A stretch of DNA of 63,997 nt, filler included, from Acidimicrobiia bacterium (GTDB taxonomy: Bacteria; Actinomycetota; Acidimicrobiia; Spongiisociales; SHLN01): NCBI GenBank assembly GCA_041619515.1. It is 3 parts of 3 records of this genome, joined end to end, with 100 filler letters (N's around TTAATTAATTAA, not from the genome) between each part and the next. Parts side by side here need not be neighbours in the genome. Positions count along the whole stretch, not along the records: positions 23,392 to 46,464 come from JBFKDW010000046.1; 2 more parts are not named here. One strand, 5' to 3'. The notes under the pieces were generated by a model. It did not search any database, was not told where the DNA came from, and saw only the letters and a list, made by a program, of their open reading frames with translations. The translations under genes were made by a program, and so were the position numbers. Below, in pieces: positions 28,496 through 37,677 of the stretch; position 1 is the stretch's first letter; the number at the start of each line of letters is the position of its first letter.

Positions 28496-29470
28496 GTGCT
28501 CATCGTTCAGCGCCCGCAAATTCAAGAGGAACCGGTAAACGAAAACCGGTCCCGGTTCATCATTGAGCCGCTCGAGCCCGGGTTCGGGTACACCATGGGC
28601 AACACGCTCCGGCGTACCCTGCTCTCCCGGATCCCGGGAGCAGCCATCACTTCGGTGCGGATCGAGGGCGTGCTCCATGAGTTCACGACCGTCGAAGGGG
28701 TCAAGGAGGACGTCGTCGACGTCATCCTCAACCTCAAGCAGGTGGTGCTCCACATGGAGGAAGGCGAGAGCCAGACGCTCTTCTTGTCGGCCAAGGGTGC
28801 CGGGCAGGTGACGGCCGGGCAATTCAAGCTCCCCGCCGGCGTGGAAATCGTCAATCCCGACCTCGTGATCGCCTCGCTCTCTGCCTCTGCCAGCCTCGAC
28901 ATGGAAGTCACCGTCGAGCGGGGCGTCGGCTATCGCACCGCAGAGAAGAACAAGAAGAGCGACACCATCGGGGTCATCCCCATCGACTCGATCTTCTCAC
29001 CGGTCCGCAAGGTTGCGTACGAAGTGGCTGCAACCCAGGTCGGGCAGATGACCAACTTCGACAAGCTCATCGTCGACGTCGATACCGACGGATCAATCAC
29101 CCCGGCAGAGGCGATCTCGTCGGCCGGCAAGACGTTGCGCGAGCTGCTCGGCTTGTTCGCCGACGTCGGCGAAGGCGAGGGGGTTGGCCTGGAGCTCGGT
29201 GACGTGGTCGAGGCAGAGTCCGGCTCTCCCGACCTCGATCTGCCCATCGAGGCGCTCGACCTCTCCGAGCGTCCGCGCAATTGCCTGCGCCGCGCCCAAG
29301 TGAAGACGGTGGGCGAATTGGTGATGCGGACCGAGGATGACCTGCTGAACATCACCAACTTCGGGCAGAAGAGCCTGGAAGAGGTGGCGGCCAAGCTCGA
29401 CGAGCTCGGCCTGTCTCTGCGGCAATCCCGCGATGAGGACCCGGCCCAGACGATCGAGCAAGCACTGTAG
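28496..29470 (+). CDS. rpoA: RNA polymerase alpha subunit
   Basis: EPLEPGFGYTMGNTLRR and NFGQKS. GTG start after SD GGAGG. Confidence 0.97.
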   Translation: MLIVQRPQIQEEPVNENRSRFIIEPLEPGFGYTMGNTLRRTLLSRIPGAAITSVRIEGVLHEFTTVEGVKEDVVDVILNLKQVVLHMEEGESQTLFLSAKGAGQVTAGQFKLPAGVEIVNPDLVIASLSASASLDMEVTVERGVGYRTAEKNKKSDTIGVIPIDSIFSPVRKVAYEVAATQVGQMTNFDKLIVDVDTDGSITPAEAISSAGKTLRELLGLFADVGEGEGVGLELGDVVEAESGSPDLDLPIEALDLSERPRNCLRRAQVKTVGELVMRTEDDLLNITNFGQKSLEEVAAKLDELGLSLRQSRDEDPAQTIEQAL

Positions 29471-29482
29471 AGGATCCCACGG

Positions 29483-29836
29483 ATGCCCCGGCCCAAGAAG
29501 GGACCCCGTTTCGGGGGAAGCCCGTCACACCACAAGCACATGATGTCCAACCTGGCGGCAGCGCTGTTCTGGGACGGCCGCATTGAGACGACGCTCAGCC
29601 GCGCCAAGGTGCTCCGCCCCTATGCGGAGAAGCTCATCACCAAGGCCCGCCATGGCACCCTCCATGACCGGCGGATCATCCTGCGCCACATCGAGGACAC
29701 CGAGGTGGTCACCCGGCTGTTCGACGAGGTCGCTCCCCGCTACACCGACCGCCACGGCGGCTACACCCGTATCCTCAAGCTGGGCCCGCGCCGCGGCGAC
29801 GGGGCAGAGATGGCGATCATCGAGCTCCTCGAATAG
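29483..29836 (+). CDS. rplQ: 50S ribosomal protein L17
   Basis: IETT, GGYTRI and RRGDGA. Confidence 0.96.
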   Translation: MPRPKKGPRFGGSPSHHKHMMSNLAAALFWDGRIETTLSRAKVLRPYAEKLITKARHGTLHDRRIILRHIEDTEVVTRLFDEVAPRYTDRHGGYTRILKLGPRRGDGAEMAIIELLE

Positions 29837-29931
29837 GGCGCAAAACTATCCTGAGACGGCAGGGTGTGGCGAGCGCCGACGGTCCGGCACGGCCATGGCT
29901 CACGATCGGTACGGGACTGATTAGGAGGCGT

Positions 29932-30459
29932 ATGGAAACCCAACGACTCTGGCAAGCGCTCCAGCTCAAGCGCGACGCCTATGTCTGGATGCAGTTCAAC
30001 CAGTCGGCAAACGGCGACGCGGTGGTCATCGTCGCAGCCGTCTACGCCGTGTGGATCCTGTTCGCCACCGTGTTCAACCTCGGTGGGCTCCCATTCCTCG
30101 CCAAGGGCGAGTTCGCCATCTCGGGATTCCTGTCGCTGTTCATCAGCGGCGGCTTCGCCTGGCTGCTGGGCTCGGGGGCCGTCTACGCCATCACGACCTT
30201 CATATTCGAAAACCGGGTCAACTTCGGAGCAATCGTGCCCATCGTCGGATATGCCCACGCCCCCCTGGCGCTGGTTCCCGTCGTCTCCCGCATCGGCCTC
30301 CCGGTGGGCGTTGCCCTCATCTTCATCGGCATCTGGTCGGCGGCCATGATGGTGACCGGATTCCAGTCAAACCTCGACATGACCCAGGAGCGCGCCATCG
30401 GCGCCGCCCTCACGGCCATGTTCGTATGGCTCTTGTTTGTCGGCATTCCCGGGTTCTGA
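29932..30459 (+). CDS. Hypothetical membrane protein (Yip1-like)
   Basis: About five hydrophobic segments and a GYAHAP motif. SD AGGAGG before ATG 29932. Confidence 0.6.
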   Translation: METQRLWQALQLKRDAYVWMQFNQSANGDAVVIVAAVYAVWILFATVFNLGGLPFLAKGEFAISGFLSLFISGGFAWLLGSGAVYAITTFIFENRVNFGAIVPIVGYAHAPLALVPVVSRIGLPVGVALIFIGIWSAAMMVTGFQSNLDMTQERAIGAALTAMFVWLLFVGIPGF

Positions 30460-30498
30460 ACACTTGACGGGACCGGTTCGGGTCGGGTCGAGGCGCAG

Positions 30499-31230
30499 AT
30501 GATCAACTACCGGCTGGATTTCTCTTACGACGGCAGTGAGTTCTCCGGGTACGCAGTCCAGCCCGGACTTCGCACGGTGCAGGGGGACCTGCAGCATGCG
30601 CTGGAGCAGGTGCTTGGCGAGGTCCGAACCCACGTCGCCGGCCGTACCGATGCCGGAGTCCACGCCCATCATCAGGTTGTCAACGTGGAAACCGAGCGGG
30701 AGATCCCCCCCGAGACCCTCCACCGGTCGCTGAACCGGATGCTCGGGCCCGAGCTTGCCTTCGAGTCGGTCACGGTGGCCGATCCCGCTTTCCATGCCCG
30801 GCACGACGCCGTCCGCCGCACCTACCGCTACTTCGTTCTCAACCGGCGCTGGCCCGATCCGTTCCGGGCTCGCACGAGCTGGCACTACCGCTATCCCCTC
30901 GATCTGGAGCGCCTCAATGCCACAGCCGAGCGCCTGGTCGGTGAGCACGAGTTTGCGTCCCTGTGCCGAAGACGGGCGGGAAAGAGCACCCGCCGCCACG
31001 TCGTATCGGCCGGGTGGCGTGCCGCACCTGAGGACGTGATCGTCTTCGAGATCGCTGCCGATTCGTTCTGCCATCAGATGGTCCGGTCGATTGTGGCGCT
31101 CAGCGTCGAAATCGGGCGTGGCAACGGCGAGCCCGACGAGGTGCCGGAGATCCTCGAGCGGGAGGATCGCAACGCCGCCCGCGGGGCGGCGCCCGCCCGG
31201 GGGCTCTTCCTCTGGCGGGTGGACTTCTGA
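30499..31230 (+). CDS. truA: tRNA pseudouridine(38-40) synthase
   Basis: [21 protein letters not shown] and FCHQMVR. Confidence 0.95.
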   Translation: MINYRLDFSYDGSEFSGYAVQPGLRTVQGDLQHALEQVLGEVRTHVAGRTDAGVHAHHQVVNVETEREIPPETLHRSLNRMLGPELAFESVTVADPAFHARHDAVRRTYRYFVLNRRWPDPFRARTSWHYRYPLDLERLNATAERLVGEHEFASLCRRRAGKSTRRHVVSAGWRAAPEDVIVFEIAADSFCHQMVRSIVALSVEIGRGNGEPDEVPEILEREDRNAARGAAPARGLFLWRVDF

Positions 31231-31340
31231 TGGCGCCCGGGGCGGCGGGGCGTCTCTTCGTTGCGAATCCGGCTGGCGAAGCGCTCGCGGCCCGCTATGA
31301 TTCCTCCGTTCCCGCAACCTCTTTGGGGAGTTCCCTCCGC

Positions 31341-31802
31341 GTGAAACAGCAGAAGACCTATACGCCGCGTCCAGGCGATATCGAGCGCGTGTGGTGGACG
31401 GTGGACGCCACCGACCTGCCGCTCGGCAGGCTGGCGTCCGAGGTGGCCCGCATTCTGCGCGGCAAGCACAAGCCCCTCTACACGCCGCATCTGGACGTCG
31501 GGGACCATGTCATCGTCCTCAACGCCGCCAAGGTGGCAGTCACGTCCGGCAAATCCGAGCAGAAGATCTACTACCGCCACAGCGGCTTTCCCGGCGGTAT
31601 CAAGGCCGAGTCCTTCGAGCGCCTGCTCGCTCGCAGGCCCGAGGCCGTCATCGAGCGGGCCGTGCGCGGGATGCTTCCCAAGAATCGGCTGGGCCGGGCC
31701 ATGTTCCGCAAACTCCGGGTGTATGCAGGGCCGGAGCACGGGCATGGCTCGCAGAAGCCCCAGCCGCTGGAATTCAACATTGCGAAAGTGGAGAAGAAGT
31801 AA
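31341..31802 (+). CDS. rplM: 50S ribosomal protein L13
   Basis: LGRLAS, GKHKP.YTPH.DVGD and GMLPKN. Confidence 0.96.
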   Translation: MKQQKTYTPRPGDIERVWWTVDATDLPLGRLASEVARILRGKHKPLYTPHLDVGDHVIVLNAAKVAVTSGKSEQKIYYRHSGFPGGIKAESFERLLARRPEAVIERAVRGMLPKNRLGRAMFRKLRVYAGPEHGHGSQKPQPLEFNIAKVEKK

Positions 31803-32194
31803 TGGCCGAGGTTCTTGCCCGGGCAACGGGCCGTCGCAAGCGCTCCCGGGCGCAAGTTCGCATCATGGATGGCGAGCCTGGTTTCAACCTCAACGGCAAG
31901 CGGCTCGAGGAGTATTTTCCAACCATGGCGATGAGGGTGCGAGTCCTCGGCCCGCTTCGAGCCGTTGAGATGGAAGGCCGGTACGCCATCCACGCCAAGC
32001 TCGAAGGAGGCGGCACCACCGGACAGATCGACGCGTTGCGGCTGGGCATTGCCCGGGCACTCGAGATCATCAACCCGGAGCTGCGGGATGTGCTCAAGAA
32101 GGGCGGCTACCTCACACGGGATCCCCGGCGGGTCGAGCCGAAGAAATACGGTCTGCGCAAGGCCAGGCGCGCCCCGCAGTACACCAAGCGCTAA
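31802..32194 (+). CDS. rpsI: 30S ribosomal protein S9
   Basis: TGRRK, LTRDPR and KARRAPQYTKR. Confidence 0.96.
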   Translation: MAEVLARATGRRKRSRAQVRIMDGEPGFNLNGKRLEEYFPTMAMRVRVLGPLRAVEMEGRYAIHAKLEGGGTTGQIDALRLGIARALEIINPELRDVLKKGGYLTRDPRRVEPKKYGLRKARRAPQYTKR

Positions 32195-33520
32195 GTGCTC
32201 ACCGAGGGCCAGCGGCTGTTTGGCACCGACGGTGTCAGGGGAAAGGCAAACGAAGAGCTGACCGTCGACTTCGCCATCGACCTGGCGCGGGCAGCCGCCG
32301 AGGACATCAGCGGGCCGATCGTCATCGGCCGCGACACACGGCGCTCCGGTGAGATGCTCTCGCTCGCCCTGCAGGCCGGGTTCCACTCGGTGGGCCTCGA
32401 CACCGAAGATGTCGGCGTCATCCCCACTGCCGCCATCGCTCACCTCACCAACGTCGCCGATGCGTCGCTGGGGGTGGTCGTGTCGGCTTCCCACAACCCG
32501 GCCGAGGACAACGGCATCAAGTTCTTCGGCGGGGACGGAGGCAAGCTCAGCGATGGCATCGAAGACCAGATCGAGGCCCGGCTCCGCAAGGGTCCCCCCT
32601 GGCGCATCCCGCGAGCCGGGGTGGGGATTCGCCTCCCGCGGGCGAACGGTGTCGACGAGTACCTGGCATGGCTGAAGGCGGACATCGCCTACACCCTCAG
32701 AGGCATCGACGTGGTCATCGACGCCGCCAACGGCGCCGCATTCCTGGCGGCTCCGCGGCTGTTCCGCGAGCTGGGGCTCCACGTTCGGACCGTCGCCTGT
32801 GAGCCGGACGGCCTCAACATCAACGACGGCTGCGGGGCAACCCACCCTGAGTTCCTGGCCGGCCAGGTAGACGGGGAAATCGGCCTGGTGTTCGACGGCG
32901 ATGCCGATCGCTTCGTGGCGATCGACGAGGCCGGCGTGCCGCTCAACGGCGACGTCATCATGGCGATCATTGCCCGCCACCTCCACGAGCAGGGACGGCT
33001 CAAGAACGACACGGTGGTCGTTACGGTCATGACCAATCTCGGGTTTCGCCGGGCGATGGCCGATCTGGGCATTTCTGTGGTCGAGACCGCCGTGGGCGAC
33101 CGCTACGTCCTTGAAGCCATGCGAGAGCACAAAGCCAACCTGGGCGGAGAGCAGTCGGGGCACGTCATCTTCCTCGACCACATTTCGACCGGCGATGGGC
33201 TGCTGACTGCGTTGCGGCTGCTCGAGGTGGTGGCCGCAACCGGCCGGCCCCTCACCGAGTTGCGCAAGGTCATGACCGACTACCCGCAGGTCTTGCGCAA
33301 CGTGCGGGTCTCGGACAGGAGCGGCCTGGAGTCGGCCGATGCCGTCTGGGAGGCGGTGCGACACACCGAGGAGCAGCTCGGCGGGGGAGGGCGCGTCCTC
33401 ATCCGGCCTTCGGGCACGGAATCACTGGTTCGGGTGATGGTGGAGGCGGCCAGCAAGGCCGACGCGGCCACCATCGCAGACGAACTGGCCTCCGTCGTCC
33501 GCGGCGCCCTCGGGGGCTGA
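32195..33520 (+). CDS. glmM: Phosphoglucosamine mutase
   Basis: FGTDGVRG, SASHNP, DGDADR, GGEQSGH and RPSGTE. Confidence 0.96.
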   Translation: MLTEGQRLFGTDGVRGKANEELTVDFAIDLARAAAEDISGPIVIGRDTRRSGEMLSLALQAGFHSVGLDTEDVGVIPTAAIAHLTNVADASLGVVVSASHNPAEDNGIKFFGGDGGKLSDGIEDQIEARLRKGPPWRIPRAGVGIRLPRANGVDEYLAWLKADIAYTLRGIDVVIDAANGAAFLAAPRLFRELGLHVRTVACEPDGLNINDGCGATHPEFLAGQVDGEIGLVFDGDADRFVAIDEAGVPLNGDVIMAIIARHLHEQGRLKNDTVVVTVMTNLGFRRAMADLGISVVETAVGDRYVLEAMREHKANLGGEQSGHVIFLDHISTGDGLLTALRLLEVVAATGRPLTELRKVMTDYPQVLRNVRVSDRSGLESADAVWEAVRHTEEQLGGGGRVLIRPSGTESLVRVMVEAASKADAATIADELASVVRGALGG

Positions 33521-33620
33521 CGGCGGCTGCGTCGCCGCTGGTGCTCGATCCGTCGTTTGGTGCCTGCTCGTTCCCGATCGGTGATACGCTGATCGGAGTA
33601 CGCAGGTACCGGAGTTACGA

Positions 33621-33766
33621 AAACAGCGCCTGCCCTCGCTCTGCGAGGGGACGAGGAAGAGGGTTATCGAGATGTTCGGCGGATGCCCTCTCGGCCGCTC
33701 ACGGTCGTAACCGACGGGAGTAAAAACCGGGAGTGATCCCGGAACAGAGGCCCGGCGGGGGTGAGC
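33621..33766 (+). ncRNA. glmS ribozyme (GlcN6P-activated self-cleaving riboswitch)
   Basis: A|GCGCC cleavage motif at 33625/33626, P1 CCCTCGC/GCGAGGG, GACGAGG, TTATCGA..TCGGCGG core, P2 AGAGGGT/GCCCTCT, P4.1 CCGGGA-GTGA-TCCCGG, pseudoknot GCTCAC/GTGAGC. Directly upstream of glmS. Confidence 0.92.
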
Positions 33767-33826
33767 CCACATCGTGGGACCGCGCCACCGCGCACACTCC
33801 GGCACCCGAGAAGAGGAGTTGTAGGA

Positions 33827-35662
33827 ATGTGCGGAATCATGGGATACGTCGGGCCCCGTCCGGCCAGCCCGATCATTCTTCAGGGGCTCAAGCGCCTCGA
33901 GTACCGCGGGTACGACTCGGCCGGCCTCGCCGTCGCCGACGACGGAGTGATCCAGGTGCGCAAGGCGTCCGGCAAGCTCGAGCGCCTCGTCGCCATGCTG
34001 GACGAGTCGGCACCGGTCGGACGCCTCGGCATCGGACACACCCGCTGGGCCACTCACGGCGCGCCCACCGACGTCAATGCCCACCCCCACGCCGATGCCA
34101 GCCAGACCTTTGCCGTCGTCCACAACGGAATCATCGAGAACTTCTTCGAGCTGCGGGAAGAGCTGATGGCGGCAGGCCGGGTGTTTGTCTCGGACACGGA
34201 TACCGAGGTGCTCGTGCATCTCATCGCCGACGAATACGACGGTGACCTCACCGAAGCCGTACGCCGGGCGGTGGGGCGTGCCACCGGGGCCTACGCGCTG
34301 GTGGCGATGACCTCTCACCAGCCAGACACCCTGGTAGCGGTCCGCATGATCAGCCCCCTCGTCGTCGGCTTCGGCGACGGCGAGACGTTCCTCGCTTCAG
34401 GGATTCCTGCGCTGCTCGACCACACCCGCCAGGTCCTCGTCATGGAGGACGGGGAGATGGTTACGATCACCCTGGACGGGCTCCGGATGGAGAAGCTGGA
34501 CGGCACCGTCGTGGAGCGGGATCACATCGAAGTCGACTGGGATGTGGAACAGGCCGAAAAGGCCGGGTACCCGCACTTCATGCTGAAGGAGATCTTCGAG
34601 CAGCCGCGGGTGGTTGCCGACTCCCTGCTCGGAAGGCTCCACGGCACCGACGTGACGCTCGAGGACGTCGGCTGGGATGACAGTTTCGAGGAATCCCTCG
34701 AGAAGATCTGGATCACGGCCTGCGGGACGGCCTTCCATGCCGGCCTGGCCGGGAAAGAGATGTTCGAGGGCTTGTTGCGCATTCCCACCGAGGCGGTATA
34801 TGCGCACGAGCTTCGCTACCGCGATCCCATCGTGGGGCCCAATTCGATCACGCTCGCCATCAGCCAGTCCGGTGAGACCGCCGACACGCTCGCGGCCGCC
34901 CGCCTGCTGCGGGAGCGGGGATCGCGGCTGGTGGCGATCACCAATGTGGTCGGCTCGGCCCTCACCCATTACTCGGACGATATCGTCTACACCCGGGCCG
35001 GACTCGAGATCTCGGTGGCATCCACCAAGGCCTATACCGCCATGCTGGTTGCTCAGTACCTCCTGGCGCTGCGCCTCGGCAAGTCACGGGGAGTGCTCGA
35101 CGGAGAGAGGGCGAAGCAAGTCGCCGATGCTCTCGAGTTGCTGCCCCAGCAGGTTGAATCGCTGCTCAAGCGGGAGCAGGGAATCGACGAGATGGCTCGT
35201 TTCCTCGGCCGGCAACTCGCCAACAAGGATGACATCTATTTCATCGGGCGCGGCCTCGACTACGCGGTCGCGACCGAGGGCTCCCTGAAGCTGAAGGAGA
35301 TCAGCTACCTCCATTCGGAGGCCATGCCCGCAGGCGAGCTCAAGCACGGCACGCTGGCGCTCATCACCGAAGGCACGCCCGTCATCGTGGTGAACACCCA
35401 GCAGCACGTCTACGACAAGACCGTGTCGGCCCTCCAGGAGGTCAAGGCCCGCGGCGCCAGCGTCATCGCCGTCGCCTACGACGACGACACCGAGATCGAG
35501 CACTACACCGACCATGTGCTGCGGATTCCCCGCACCCTGGACTTGCTCAGTCCGGTGCTGTCGATCGTGCCGCTGCAGCTGCTCGCCTATCACGTCGCCG
35601 ACGCCCGCGGGCTCGACATCGACCAGCCCCGCAACCTGGCCAAGAGCGTCACGGTCGAATAA
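33827..35662 (+). CDS. glmS: Glutamine--fructose-6-phosphate transaminase
   Basis: MCGI, RGYDSAG, GHTRWATHG, SQSGET and PRNLAKSVTVE. Confidence 0.97.
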   Translation: MCGIMGYVGPRPASPIILQGLKRLEYRGYDSAGLAVADDGVIQVRKASGKLERLVAMLDESAPVGRLGIGHTRWATHGAPTDVNAHPHADASQTFAVVHNGIIENFFELREELMAAGRVFVSDTDTEVLVHLIADEYDGDLTEAVRRAVGRATGAYALVAMTSHQPDTLVAVRMISPLVVGFGDGETFLASGIPALLDHTRQVLVMEDGEMVTITLDGLRMEKLDGTVVERDHIEVDWDVEQAEKAGYPHFMLKEIFEQPRVVADSLLGRLHGTDVTLEDVGWDDSFEESLEKIWITACGTAFHAGLAGKEMFEGLLRIPTEAVYAHELRYRDPIVGPNSITLAISQSGETADTLAAARLLRERGSRLVAITNVVGSALTHYSDDIVYTRAGLEISVASTKAYTAMLVAQYLLALRLGKSRGVLDGERAKQVADALELLPQQVESLLKREQGIDEMARFLGRQLANKDDIYFIGRGLDYAVATEGSLKLKEISYLHSEAMPAGELKHGTLALITEGTPVIVVNTQQHVYDKTVSALQEVKARGASVIAVAYDDDTEIEHYTDHVLRIPRTLDLLSPVLSIVPLQLLAYHVADARGLDIDQPRNLAKSVTVE

Positions 35663-35696
35663 GGCAACCCCTTCGGCGTTCCCGGCAACGGTAGGA

Positions 35697-35722
35697 AACC
35701 CCGGGCCCGAAGGCCCGGGGTT
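35697..35722. terminator. Hairpin terminator between convergent genes
   Basis: AACCCCGGGCC-CGAA-GGCCCGGGGTT. Confidence 0.75.
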
Positions 35723-35749
35723 GTGTCCGTGCTCGCTACGAGCCGGCGG

Positions 35750-37030
35750 TCAGTCTCCGGCTACGACGAAGGTCGCCGAATCCGACGCCGACACCGTTCC
35801 GCCGGCGTAGGTGGCCGTTGCCGTCGCAGTGCGCTCATTCGTCCCAATCTGAGGGAAGAAGTGCCCGGGTGTGCATTCTGTGCTCGCTCCCGGTTCGAGC
35901 GGTTCGGTCAACACGCACGACTCTCCATCCAAGAGCGGCGTGACCGTGACTCCGGAGAGGGCCACACTGCCGCTGTTGGTCACGGTGAACCGGTACTCGC
36001 CTTCCTCGGCCTGGGCGCCGGTGTAGTGAACCGGGTCACCATCACCGCTCAGCCACTCGCCCGTGGCACCGTCGCCGAAGACCCGGTAATCCACTTCGAG
36101 ATTGACCGAAGCCAATTCCGGGACGCCGATCAGGTTGCAGGTCTTGTCCAGCTGGCCGCTCTTGTACTTGGAGATCGTGTAGTTCACGACACGGAAGGGA
36201 GAGGCTTCGGTCGGATCGGACTTGTCGCCCGTGCCGTCGGTGAAGGCATCCGAGCACGAGACGTGCAACTGCATCTTCACGCCGTCCACCTCGAGGTAGC
36301 CCTCGTTGCCGCGTCCGGTGTCGCCGTACGTGCCACTCTCGTTGGTGCCGGTCACCGCGAACGGCGCTCGGGCTGGATCGGATGTGTCTATGAACCAGAA
36401 GGTGTAGACGGAGTAGTCGCCGCCGCCGCTGCCGGCCGTCGAGCTGTCCTTGGACGCTTCGGCCTCGGCCTTGACGGCCTTCTCCCACGCCTTCTTGAAG
36501 TGGTCGATAGCGTCGTCAGGCTTGTTGTCGGCCAGCTCCTTTTCGGCTTTGGTCATCTCCTTGCGGGCATCTTCGATCTTCGAGCCGGATGCTCCGGCGG
36601 TCTCAGCGGCGCTGATCATCGCCTCGGCGAGGCGCCGATCCTCGGAAACGAGTGCCGAGAGGGTCTCCGCCACTGCCGTCTGATCCAATCCGGCCTTGGT
36701 GAGCTTCTCGATTGCTTCCCGCAGCTTCTTGGCGGCGTCCCGATCCTTCTCGAAGACTTTCTTGCCCTCCTCGCCCAGCTCATCAGGACCTGACCAGTAC
36801 TTCCCGCTCAGCGACTCGGTCAGCTTCTTGGCTGCTTCCGCCAGCTTCTTGTCTGCGTCGCTGTCGGACGTCGGGATCAGAGATGTGATCTCTGCAATGA
36901 TCGACGTGCGAGTGTCCTGTGCAGTCGCAGTCGGATCCACCGCCCCGGCCGGTCCTGCCAGCATCGACATCGCCACCGTGAGAGCAACGACCAGAGTCGT
37001 CATTCTCTTCGTCCTCGTCCATTTCGTCAT
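35750..37030 (-). CDS. Hypothetical secreted protein (helical Lys-rich domain plus C-terminal Ig-like/DUF11-like domain)
   Basis: Signal peptide ending AGA, a charged helical region and YRFTVTNSG..L.GV.VT. SD AGGAGA. Confidence 0.65.
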   Translation of the reverse strand: MTKWTRTKRMTTLVVALTVAMSMLAGPAGAVDPTATAQDTRTSIIAEITSLIPTSDSDADKKLAEAAKKLTESLSGKYWSGPDELGEEGKKVFEKDRDAAKKLREAIEKLTKAGLDQTAVAETLSALVSEDRRLAEAMISAAETAGASGSKIEDARKEMTKAEKELADNKPDDAIDHFKKAWEKAVKAEAEASKDSSTAGSGGGDYSVYTFWFIDTSDPARAPFAVTGTNESGTYGDTGRGNEGYLEVDGVKMQLHVSCSDAFTDGTGDKSDPTEASPFRVVNYTISKYKSGQLDKTCNLIGVPELASVNLEVDYRVFGDGATGEWLSGDGDPVHYTGAQAEEGEYRFTVTNSGSVALSGVTVTPLLDGESCVLTEPLEPGASTECTPGHFFPQIGTNERTATATATYAGGTVSASDSATFVVAGD

Positions 37031-37244
37031 GTTCATTCTCCTGCTGTAGCCACTACCCTCACTGTAAGTGCCACATCCACTACAAAGAGTGGTCATGGCG
37101 CAAAATGGGCCGTCAGACCCATCGGCCGGCGGCCGGACCGATACCCGGGCCGGCCTCGTCGCGCCACGGCGGCGAACGTGGCGGCATCGGGTCCCGAGCG
37201 TCATCCGGCACCGCTTCCGAAGCCGTTTCGATAGGCTCGCCGCC

Positions 37245-37616
37245 ATGAACATCGTCGGGATCGGCATCGACCTGGCCGAGATCGCTCGGGTCGAGAAGCT
37301 CTACGGGAAGTACCCCGAGCAATTCCTGGAGCGGTGCTTCACCGAACACGAGCAGGCGTACGCTGCCCGCTTCGCCAATCCCTCCCGGCGCCTCGCTGCT
37401 CGCTTCGCCGGCAAGGAGGCAGTCATGAAGAGCCTCGGCCGCGGCTGGCGGCAGCTCCGTTGGAAGGACATCGAGATCACCGGCGGCGGCAAGCCGACCG
37501 TTCGCCTGTTCGGAACCGCCCTGGCGCGCGCCTCGGAGCTCGGCGTCACCGAGGTGCACGTTTCGATCACCCACACCGACGTGACGGCCATGGTGCTGGC
37601 GATCAGCGTTTCCTAG
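37245..37616 (+). CDS. acpS: Holo-ACP synthase
   Basis: GIGIDL, ARFAGKEAVMKSLG and SITH. Confidence 0.93.
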   Translation: MNIVGIGIDLAEIARVEKLYGKYPEQFLERCFTEHEQAYAARFANPSRRLAARFAGKEAVMKSLGRGWRQLRWKDIEITGGGKPTVRLFGTALARASELGVTEVHVSITHTDVTAMVLAISVS

Positions 37617-37677
37617 CCGGGCCCGGCCCCGACCAGAAGTGCCGTGGGCATCGGGCCGCCCCCGGTACCCTTGGCCC

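Noticed and set aside
37245..37616. acpS as the NRPS-activating PPTase
   Set aside because: It is on a different contig in a housekeeping context, and it is AcpS-type rather than Sfp-type.
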